A DNA stretch of 64,000 nucleotides from Octopus sinensis (Eukaryota), in NCBI RefSeq assembly GCF_006345805.1, contig NC_042998.1, positions 13,640,001 through 13,704,000 on the forward strand, written 5' to 3'. Each line of letters opens with the position of its first letter. Positions within the stretch are counted from its first letter, which is position 1. This document shows, in pieces, positions 14,431-24,330 of this stretch. The position numbers were made by a program, and so were the translations under genes. Below the pieces are notes generated by a model. The model had not been told where the DNA came from and searched no databases. It was given only the letters and a program-made list of their open reading frames with translations.

Positions 14431-14989
14431 CTTTCCCTCCCTCTCTCTCTCCCTCCCTTTTTGTATGTATGTGTGGATATATATATATATATAAGAGAGA
14501 GAGAGAGAGAAACAGAGAGAGAGAGAGAAGCACAGAGTGAGAGAGAGAGAGTGTGACATATATACGTATGTTTGTATGTAGGTATGAAGGTATGCGTATT
14601 CTCATGCTAATGTTCAATGTAAAATAATGAAAGTTTAATTATTGGAAAGTAGAAAAAGAACATAGATGGATAGATATATAGATAGATAGATAGACGGAGA
14701 GACAGATAGATAGACAGAGAGACAGATAGAGCAAGATAGAGCGAGAGAGAGGGAGAGAGAGAGAAAGAGGAGGGCGTTCTCGATGTAATTAAGGATTGGC
14801 GCTTATGTTATTTTTATAAGAAAGCGAATACCGCAGGTGAGGGACATCGATAAATACTGCTGAACTTATTGAGTGGCACTTAATGAAATCTTAACAAAAC
14901 CTGGGGAATGATTATAATATGCAATAATTAGAGAAAAAGTGTTTACAGTTGGAAATTAGTTTATTGATTTTTATCGTTATTATTACACG

Positions 14990-15165
14990 TCGGACAAAGT
15001 GCTTAGCAGCCTTTCGACCGGCTGTATCTTCTTAGGTCAGATCCATTAAGGTCGAATTACCTTTCATCCTTTAGAGATTCATAATTTAAGTACCAGTTTA
15101 GTAGTAGGGTCGATGTAATTGACTTAACCCCACCCAAATTAGTTTTAGCCTTTAGTAAAAGGATT
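14990..15165 (+). mobile_element. SINE family B fragment
   Basis: GGTCGAATTACCTTTCATCCTTT...TTAAGTACCAG...GGGTCGATGTAATTGACTTAACCCC. Confidence 0.75.
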
Positions 15166-15330
15166 ATAATATTATTATTATTATCATTAATATTATTATT
15201 TTTATTGTCATCATCATCATCGTCGTCGTCATTATTATTATTATCATCATCATCAACATCATCATCATCATGACCATCATCATCATCATCATTATTATTA
15301 TTATTATTATTATCATCATTATTATTATTA

Positions 15331-15870
15331 TTGAGAGAGCAGTGCATGCTCTCAAAATGACACTGGGATAAAATATACGATGCCCAGTATACCCACCATG
15401 ACTACCCATTTGATAAGAGTACACTAGGCACATGCACCATAAACATAAGTGCGCGACATGGTGATCTCATAAGTAAACAATACATGACTTTGCAGGCAGG
15501 GCACAGTTAGAATTTTGTTCAGGTCGAGTAGCCCACCCCGCTCAAAAGGCCCATGAATAAGGGTTGTTTAAGGGTGTTGAACGAAACACCCATGTTTCCC
15601 AGAGGTGAATTATTCAAACCTTAAAGAAATACTCTCAACACATGGCTATGATACTCACCCACTATTTCTGCTCGTGATCAGAGATCTACATATCGTCAGC
15701 CACTGAGGAGCATGCTCAACTGGTTATGACCAACGACTGACAACGTAATCTGTGAATATTTGCTGTAATCCATGTTTTATATTAAGACAAAGCAATGTAC
15801 ATGATGATACTTCCAATCAATAAAAATCAGAAACCATCAAAGTCACTGCCTTGTACTGCATCAGGGCATT
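15331..15870. mobile_element. Unclassified ~540-bp interspersed repeat flanked by (ATT)n on the left and (AAT)n on the right
   Basis: Internal segments recur at ~24140-24330 and ~53905-54110 (e.g. CCCATGTTTCC.AGAGGTGAATTAT.CAAA; CTGCTCGTGATCAGAGAT). Confidence 0.75.
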
Positions 15871-16165
<295 letters not shown>

Positions 16166-16169
16166 ATTA

Positions 16170-17080
16170 TACCACATTTTCCTTTTCCAGGAAGGAAGTT
16201 GATTCTTTCTTCCCAAGTCTTTAGAAAATTTTCTGAGACTGCTCGCTCTGCCAAATAATGCTGATTTTTAGACATGCTTATATATTTATTCTGATCATTC
16301 CCAGCCAATTTTTGATTACTCTTTTTTTCTTAATATGCCTACTAAACGCACATTTCGTCTTGCGGTATACAATCTTGAATAATTTTTTTTTTAAATTCGT
16401 GCCTCAGAGTTTCATATCATGTCTGTGTTGCTTCTTTGTCGACAATTCTGCAATCAACAGGACAGGCGCAGGTGATTTCTCTGATCAAGCGTAATATTCC
16501 TTCCTTTTCTATCTGCGCAATATCTGGTCTCCGATGTTCGTTCGTATTATCACACTGGATCTTGAACTCGCAAATGATCTTCACCGAGTCATTTTCTACC
16601 ACATCCTTTGGTTCGTGATCATATCATTTTCTCGCTCTTTTCAAACCAAACTTCTTACGTTGGTCTATTCTTCTGACACTGTCATACTTTCTCTTACATT
16701 AACTGGAGATCAATTTGCAGCACTCCCTTAAAATATGGCATAGTGTCTTTCCAGCCCCATCACACGTTTTGCTTTTGTCTGATTCTTCTTCTTGGTCAAT
16801 TTTCTACTTTTGAACTAATTCTTCATGCTCATTCCTGTGTGGTCGTGGTCACGATTTCGCATTTCAAGCCGTTTTCTTTTTTCGGCAGGGTGTTTGCTTT
16901 CCCTTTCCTCTTCGATTTTGTCTGTTTTATTCTAACCGATTTCCAATGTTTTGTTTTGTTCTATATATCTTGTAATATTCGTTTCCTTTTTCAGAATACA
17001 ACACTCAGAACCCTCCCACTTTTCTTTGCTTCTCGTATGAATCGCACCGTGTATTGCCAAAAGTTTTTTTTTCTATTTTC
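16170..17080 (-). mobile_element. R4/Dong-type non-LTR retrotransposon, 3' part (CCHC + restriction-like endonuclease), decayed
   Basis: Minus translation: GKTLCHILRECCKL (CCHC remnant), VENDSVKIICEFKIQCDNTNEHRRPDI...CACPVDCRIVDKE (RLE PD..D motif) and ALFGRASSLRKF terminus; stops and frameshifts present. Confidence 0.85.
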
Positions 17081-17659
17081 TTCCCTAAGGATTGACTTAA
17101 CCCCACCCAAAATTTGTTTTAGCCTTTAGTAAAACGATTATATTATTATTATCATTACTATTATTATTTTTATTGTTATTATCATCATCATCATCATCGT
17201 CGTCGTCGTCATTATTATTATCATCACCATCAGCATCATCATCATGACCATCATCATCATCATCATCATCATTAACATTCTCTGTACCATCCGATCACAT
17301 TTGTCCTTCTCTGTGCCATCCGATCACATTTGTCAAGGTAGCAATTCCCCACGAATTTAATGCTTAGAGCTTATTCTTCACATTCAATTTAGTTTACAAA
17401 ATTAATTTCAACCTTCTGTAATACACCTGACAAAATATTTTCTTCATTCAGCTTTCTATTAATTCAACATTCCCTACTTTTTCAGTTTAAATTTTGTTAT
17501 ATCAGCCGTAAAGCAATGCATTGCTTGAATTAATGAATTCAGTTGGTTTTTACTTTCTCATTAATTTTTCTGTCGTTCATAAAAAAGCAATGATTGATCT
17601 CAACTATTTTGTCTTGGAACACATACCCATGTTTCGTATTACTCAAAGCTTAAACCTTG

Positions 17660-18060
17660 CCTCCCAGATAGAATGTTAGTGGTCCATCTATTCATACTTC
17701 GCTACTACAGATTCAAGATATCCACAAATGAAAAGACGCTTTACATTCTTTACGGTGGTCTAGGCATGCCATACCTAAAGCTGTTGTGCACATTTTGTAA
17801 TCGTTCCTCACTGCCATATTTACCAAGTAAATACGACCACGTATGCACATTTCTTGTTCTTCCAGTGTGCGGTTCTTCTGGTATATGTAAACGTACATTT
17901 TCTGTGTCAGTAATCCATTCAATAGCTTCTACATGGTGATCAGGGAGGGTAGTGATCTAAGATTGTCAACTGCATTTTTCCCTTGTTGCTGCCTTCTGGC
18001 ACAGTACTGTTCTACCTGAGGTCAACCAACGTGGAATTTCTGTGTGGTTTCCATGTAAAA
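17660..18060 (-). mobile_element. R4/Dong-type RT N-terminal fragment, decayed
   Basis: Minus translation EIPRWLTSGRTVLCQK...NAVDNLRSLPSLITM*KLL...EEQEMC...GMACLDHRK matches the iP.WLT.GRT.L..K..NYRPITCL..WKLL..EEQKGC..MAWIDYKK pattern. Confidence 0.8.
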
Positions 18061-19736
18061 TGCATAATTCTTTCGTTACTTTGTAGTGAGACTGTGCTAA
18101 AAATTCGCCCCAATATCTATCGGGGGAAAACGGTAAACAACTGGAAACATAGCATGGAGTTAGTTATTTCGAATCTTTAATTTCCGGTTTCAAACCCGTC
18201 CACAATCAACTTTGTAATTTGACAGGAATCGGGAAAAAATGAAGTGCTAATGATATTTTACCACATTGGTAACAAACAAATGTTCCCACTGAAAAATTAT
18301 TTTCACTTTGTTCATGGAATGGAAAACATTAATAATATTGCTTTCTCTATAGCCATAAAACAACGGGATTCCAATCATCATATTTATCTTAATTACCAAC
18401 ATCTTACATTACCATCCTTGCCGTAGTCATCACCATCCTTGTCGCTCTTGTCAAAATCAAACTGTACCCGCTTCTTATTAATTAGTGCCTCATCAGTTTA
18501 ACCAGCAGAATAACAAATTATGCAAGAAGAACGATGATATCGAGTCGAATGAGTTGACGTAATTTTTTGAGCATATCTATATTTTATCATTACAAATATG
18601 TAAGACAGTCATGTCGAGGGTGAAGACATTGAAGACTACGATGAGATTAACGACTTCAGCAACAACGAAGACGACAAGCAATATTTCCCAAAATGAAAAC
18701 CTTATTTGAAATTTAACTTTGCCGCTAATGGCTATGAAGATAATGGCAATGTTAGCAATAATGAAATAAAGAAATAAGTAATGTGGTTGCGATATGAAGA
18801 ACAAATATATGAATAATGAATTACGGAATGAATGACATGAATGTAGGAGGAAGGAAAATTAGTATGATACGAATAAAATGAAGAATGAGAAATAAAGCTA
18901 TATCTGAAAAACATGCCAGTCATATTTCTATTCATTCAGGATAAACCTCAGCAAAATCTAGAAATAATCAGTAAAACTGGGAACTGTAAATAAATCATAT
19001 CCAAATACCAAAAAAAAAAAAAAAAATACTAAGACACCGTATTATACCCAAACGTAAATATCTACAATAAAATCATCATGAACAATCATAACAGTAATAA
19101 ATATGGAAAAACGAAGTGATTGAAACAGTGAAAGAGGAACTGGAAGAGGGAGAACTCAAAATAGTGGGAGACGGAGACAGGGAGGTATAAAATGGAGAGT
19201 CGGCTGTCAAGATTTGCATCCATGTTTGGAGATGTTTTCTCAGATATTCCAGTTGATTTATTACAGAGTCCATAGTGTACTGACGAATCCACTGCATAGC
19301 TAAGTTGTATTTATGCCATGGCTAGAAGCCATGAGAATATTCTATAAATCAATGTTGATGGTTGGCCTGGAAAGCAGAAGGGGTTCTTTTGCTGCTGTGA
19401 GCTACGCATATAATGATGGATGTAAAACCAGAGAAAGGGAGTGTCAGAAGATCATAAGGAAGTAATAACGAATATAACAAAAAAAGGGAAAAAAGGAAAA
19501 TAAATTTTAATGAAATCGAAGAGACTATGAGAAAATGGTAAAAGTAGAATAGAGAGATATAGCAAAGAAGAAAGTAGAACAAATGAGGTGGGGAGAGTTA
19601 AGGATGAGCACACAAAGAAAGTTTGGAAATCAAAGGAACGTATGCATATTCATATGCATAGCTATGCACAACACACACACACACACTGACTCACAAACAC
19701 ATACATGTGTATACATGCATGCGTGTGTATATATGT

Positions 19737-19779
<43 letters not shown>

Positions 19780-20076
19780 CATATATAGATGTGTATATAT
19801 ATATATATATAGATAGATAGATGTGTATGTATATATATATATATATACACATACTCAAATACTTGCATCGTATATAAATATATGCATATATGTATATATA
19901 TATATATATATATTTATATACACATATGCATATATACTTACTCAAATACTTGCATCATATATAAATATATGCATATATATATATATACATACCTAAAAAT
20001 ACAATTACTTGTATACGCGTACACGTATATGCATATATATATATATATTTATATATATATATAAAGAGATACACGA

Positions 20077-20160
<84 letters not shown>

Positions 20161-20562
20161 GAGAATTTGTGCGCTGAATGGAAAGAAGAAGGAAACGTAG
20201 TGAAAGCTAAGTATGTTGTGTTAGGGAGGAGAGGAAGAACAACACAGATGAAGATTATATAAGGGTTCGTGATTTCAAAGTGATTACTTTTAGATCGAAA
20301 AGCAGATACAAAGATCATACAGAGAATGGAGGAGAGGTAGGTAAAGACCAGTTTAGTATGAAAAATAAATGTTTATTAAACAAATACCTATGATTAAAAA
20401 ACATGCTACACTGCATAAACGCCAGCTCACACAAATAAGTAATAATGTTTTCTTTATGAGAACGGCTGACATTTTGCATAACTACCCTAATATAGTTTCC
20501 TCCCCTCCTATAAGCAAGCATATATAAAGTGATATATGTGTGTGTATGTGTGTGTTTGTGAG

Positions 20563-20596
<34 letters not shown>

Positions 20597-21361
20597 AATA
20601 TACACCTATGTATACGTATACGCATATATATACACACACAGGTATTATATATGCTTTGTAAATGTCTATATAAGGGAACGAAGTACACATGAAAGGAAAC
20701 ACGTAAGAGATAACAATACAGAATAAAAAAAGGAAAGTATACTGTGAAATATATCTCTAATATATGCATGTAAATATATGCGCACACACGCACATTAACT
20801 TCTACATCTGTAGGTTTTGTGTATATATCGTTCAATATACCATTCTGATATTCCTTCCTTCTTTCCTTCTACGTAGTTATATGTAACACTTACAATTTTC
20901 CGTTTTGTTTACTTTATTCTCCCATGGCTCTGCCTTAATATATGTCTTACTCCATTTCTTTCATTAGATTTGTTTCCATCCTGTTTGGTTAGATCTAATT
21001 ATCTTGCTATATATTTATAGATCTATAAATCTATAAGTAGCAGTAAACATCTATCAAGAAATCTGCAAATCAATCAAATTCGTTATTGATCTATCTACAT
21101 TTTAGAGTGCAATTCTATTTGTCTCACAATCTTTTTTATATATCTATGGACAAGAAACCCAATGAAATATTACATGTGTATAAAGCAGATATTAAGCTTT
21201 TTTACGCCAATGCTTGCCATTCTCTCATTCTTCCTCTTCATAACAACTTATCTATATGTTTGTAACCCCCTCTCTGAATCTCTCTCATACATACACACTC
21301 ACACATAAGCACATACATACATACATAATACATACATACATACATACATACATACATACAT

Positions 21362-21398
<37 letters not shown>

Positions 21399-21404
<6 letters not shown>

Positions 21405-21601
21405 TGAATTGAAGAAATGGAGCTGAACGCAGATTGAACAGAAATCGTTTTATTTCATTCTACACGTGTTTCGAAAGGCACAAATTACCAAAATCCGATT
21501 GAATAATGGGACCATATTGTGTCTTTCTCTTCAGGAAGAAAATAGGAAATCCGTTGGAAAAACAAAAACAGAACAGAGGCGGAGCAAAAACAAATCGAAC
21601 T
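21399..21601 (-). repeat. Inverted pseudo-LTR copy, identical by eye to 23417-23619
   Basis: Base-by-base reverse-complement comparison found no mismatch over 203 bp. Confidence 0.95.
21451..21544 (-). ncRNA. Type I hammerhead ribozyme (inverted copy)
   Basis: Exact reverse complement of 23474-23567. Confidence 0.8.
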
Positions 21602-21650
21602 ATCCTCCTGTTATAGGCAGAAGGTAATTTATATTGATCCGGCCCTTCCG

Positions 21651-22352
21651 ATGCCATCATTCGGTCATCAGGATAGGGCCGTATATAATAACATTAACAT
21701 TTTAAGTAAGGACGGGAGCGCGGCGGATGCCGGGGTAGTCGCTCCCGCATTTAATTTAGCGAACAAGGATAATTATCGGTCCGGGAGGTCTTACACTAAC
21801 CCAAGACCCGTTATTCATCCGAGAATCACCCACCCGAATGCGAGAGCTGGCGTCCCGACCCATCACACTGATAGGAATAAGCATATATGGTTTGTAATCC
21901 CCTTTGGTAAGCAGATTAGAACTAACCTCCCCCTCATGTTTAGACAAGCCATCGCCAATAACTTCCCCAGAAATTCCAAATATTACTCCACGGTTAACTC
22001 GCATAAAGTTAGGATAGTTTTCTCCAACACTAAAAACCTCGCCCAGATAATCGCCTCCCATAATAATAGGCTACTTACTAAGACCCTATCACCTTTTTCC
22101 GGAGGCACAGCCTCTTCCGCTCCCGGTTTAATGCTCAGTAGGAATAATTATAGTAGTAATAATGATATGAGAGCCAGTACAGTGACACATAATCTCAGCT
22201 CCAGCCAGGGAGTACCCACTAGGGGTATAGTTATAAATAGGGGTGTTGTGGTTGACGGTAACAATGGGAGTAGGGTAGAGAGCCCCATAGCATCCCCAGC
22301 ATCATTTCTCGCAATAGCAGCACCACGGGCAGTAGCAATGACAGCACTCTGA
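21651..22352 (+). CDS. PLE polyprotein segment 1: RT thumb/C-terminal region plus Ser/Asn-rich linker (frame open from 21603; truncated)
   Basis: RNKHIWFVIPFGKQIRTNLPLMF...HKVRIVFSNTKNLAQIIASHNNRLL corresponds to the PLE motif R.iiWFNPPy..v.Tni...F....vKvSYS...N...iI..HN.kil. Confidence 0.8.
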   Translation: MPSFGHQDRAVYNNINILSKDGSAADAGVVAPAFNLANKDNYRSGRSYTNPRPVIHPRITHPNARAGVPTHHTDRNKHIWFVIPFGKQIRTNLPLMFRQAIANNFPRNSKYYSTVNSHKVRIVFSNTKNLAQIIASHNNRLLTKTLSPFSGGTASSAPGLMLSRNNYSSNNDMRASTVTHNLSSSQGVPTRGIVINRGVVVDGNNGSRVESPIASPASFLAIAAPRAVAMTAL

Positions 22353-22399
22353 TAGATAGTGGAGAATCAGGGGTTATTCCTATAGTTAATAGTGACGTA

Positions 22400-22888
22400 G
22401 TGGAAAATAGAGTAGTAAGCGGCTGCAGGTCTCGGAACGAATATAGTGACAGGAACGCAGTTCTAATTTCAGAAACTAATCCTAGCAGAATAAGATTCAC
22501 GTCGGCGAACTCCAAGATCAAAAATGCCGTCTACCAATGCAAGGTTTACACGGACTCAGATGTCTTCACTTATGTAGGGGCCTCATCCTCAAGATTGTCT
22601 TTGCGTGTCTCCAACCATTACGCAACTTTTCGGGACATGAACAAGCGCCAGACCACGGGACTCAGTAAGCTAATATGGCGACTGAAGGATACGAACTTAA
22701 GCTACAGGCTTGAATGGTCAATTTTGTCGGTGGCCCTCCCATTTGATAGGGGCAGAAGGCAGTGCAACCTTTGTGTCTCCGAACTCTTCCATATTTTGTT
22801 TGCCAGAGCCCGGATGGTAAACGGGCTTTTACAGTCGGCTTTTCGATGCCCCCATTGGCGGCGTTACACTTATCTGGCTTTTAAATAG
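22400..22888 (+). CDS. PLE polyprotein segment 2: GIY-YIG endonuclease (frame open from 22274, -1 relative to segment 1)
   Basis: NAVYQCKV...TYVGAS...LRVSNH...TGLSKLIWRLK...EWSIL...CNLCVSE...MVN...CPH; GIY-YIG Tyr, Tyr, Arg, His, Glu and Asn positions retained. Confidence 0.88.
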   Translation: MENRVVSGCRSRNEYSDRNAVLISETNPSRIRFTSANSKIKNAVYQCKVYTDSDVFTYVGASSSRLSLRVSNHYATFRDMNKRQTTGLSKLIWRLKDTNLSYRLEWSILSVALPFDRGRRQCNLCVSELFHILFARARMVNGLLQSAFRCPHWRRYTYLAFK

Positions 22889-23473
22889 CGTTTATAAATA
22901 ATACCGGCACCCATAGCCCTTGGTAACAAATTCTGAAATAGCCTTTAAGATATCTACGATTAACCACTGCAAGGGGAATTACTCCTGTAAGACAAACGGG
23001 GCTTGGTTTTTTCACAGCGGGGGGTTTCCTTGACAAGGCAGGCTTAGATGAACACACACACACATAAAACATAATATATATTTTTTTTTTCTGCCACCCA
23101 ACGGTTCTCACGGCAGTAGCCACTGACAGCCGAACGATCAAACGCACACACGTACACAAAAAATGTTTTCTACCCCTACGCCAACACACACATATATAGA
23201 ACAGTATACACACACACACGTCTCTAAGTAGATTTTTTCTCGCCCCTTATAAAACATCCAATATTCCTTAAATAGTCAGAACTTTATTCTCGGTCACAAA
23301 GAACATCTACACACCCTCACCCACATGATTGACCGATGCCTGACCCGTTGAATTCTTCAGCCACCGGTTCTCAACATACACTGATAAACAGTTTCGCCAT
23401 GGGCTCTTAGGAGCACAGTTCGATTTGTTTTTGCTCCGCCTCTGTTCTGTTTTTGTTTTTCCAACGGATTTCC

Positions 23474-23567
23474 TATTTTCTTCCTGAAGAGAAAGACACA
23501 ATATGGTCCCATTATTCAATCGGATTTTGGTAATTTGTGCCTTTCGAAACACGTGTAGAATGAAATA
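23474..23567 (+). ncRNA. Type I hammerhead ribozyme in PLE pLTR
   Basis: CTGAAGA (23484-90); stem II GAAAG-A-CACAA / TTGTG-C-CTTTC; GAAA (23546-49); palindromic stem III ACACGTGT; GUA cleavage triplet (cut after 23557); stem I TATTTTCTTC / GAATGAAATA. Confidence 0.82.
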
Positions 23568-23802
23568 AAACGATTTCTGTTCAATCTGCGTTCAGCTCCA
23601 TTTCTTCAATTCACCAATAATGTTTTAATTTCAATTATCCGCACCAACGCACGGTTGCAACACCATATGGTTGTACCTCCAACCGTGCTGTTTACTGCTG
23701 TGATTTTTGCTACTAAGGTATCGGTTAAACTTTTGATTAATCTACTACAAGATTATTCATCTTTCTATTTCACATAATATATATATATATATATATATAT
23801 AT

Positions 23803-24106
23803 TACCATGATTACTGTGACGGACCAGGCTATCAGATGTTGCTATACATCGCTGGTCACAATGCGCTTTGCATTGTTTTTTAGCCTTCAAATGACGTCAA
23901 CCCGCTGACTAAGCGAGCAGGCCAAATAGAAGAAAGAGTGAGAGAAATTTGTGGCGAAAGAGTACGGCAGAGATCACCACCACCACCCGTCGGAGCATCG
24001 TGGAGCTTTTAGGTGTTTTTGCTCAATAAACACTCAAAACGCCCGGTCTGGGAATCGAAACCGCGATCCTACAACCGTGAGTCTGCTGCCCTAACCACTG
24101 GGCAAT
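23803..24106 (-). mobile_element. tRNA-derived SINE family D
   Basis: Minus strand: GCCCAGTGGTTAGGGCAGCAGACTC A-box and GGTTTCGATTCCC B-box, then a non-tRNA body. Confidence 0.85.
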
Positions 24107-24139
24107 AATCCTCAGCCTCTATTCAGGCTGAGGATTAAG

Positions 24140-24330
24140 AACAAAATACCTATGTTTCCAGTGTCGAATTATCCAAACCCGATAAAATTCCTCTCAACAC
24201 ACGTCTACAATGCTCCCCAACTACTTCTGCTCGTGATCAGAGATGCACAAATCGCCAGCAACTAAGGGATATGCTGAACTGCTTAAAGTCAAGCCACTGA
24301 GCAGCAAATCTGTAGTAATTAGTAAAATAT
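24140..24330. mobile_element. Partial copy of the unclassified repeat at 15331-15870
   Basis: Shared CCTATGTTTCCAG..GAATTATCCAAACC...CTGCTCGTGATCAGAGATGCAC. Confidence 0.75.

Larger units (their letters stand above)
21399..23775 (+). mobile_element. 5'-truncated Penelope-like element (Naiad-like domain pattern) with inverted pLTR, inserted between (TA)n tracts
   Basis: RT-thumb and GIY-YIG ORFs; 203-bp inverted repeat (21399-21601 / 23417-23619) containing a hammerhead motif; (TA)n on both flanks. Confidence 0.9.

Noticed and set aside
17769-17957. Apparent host exon on the minus strand (ITTLPDHHVEAIEWITDTENVRLHIPEE...) with AG/GT boundaries
   Set aside because: The overlapping frame matches R4/Dong RT motifs (WLTSGRTVL, EEQ, MA..D..K), so it is a LINE fragment.
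22350-23416. Selenocysteine recoding, as reported for some Naiad PLEs (ORF ends in TGA; possible SECIS in the 3' UTR)
   Set aside because: The TGA is immediately followed by an in-frame TAG, homology continues in the -1 frame, and no AUGA/AA/GA SECIS helix could be paired by eye.
23803-24106. tRNA gene candidates at SINE heads
   Set aside because: The A/B boxes continue into SINE bodies with no acceptor stem or terminator; these are tRNA-derived SINEs.
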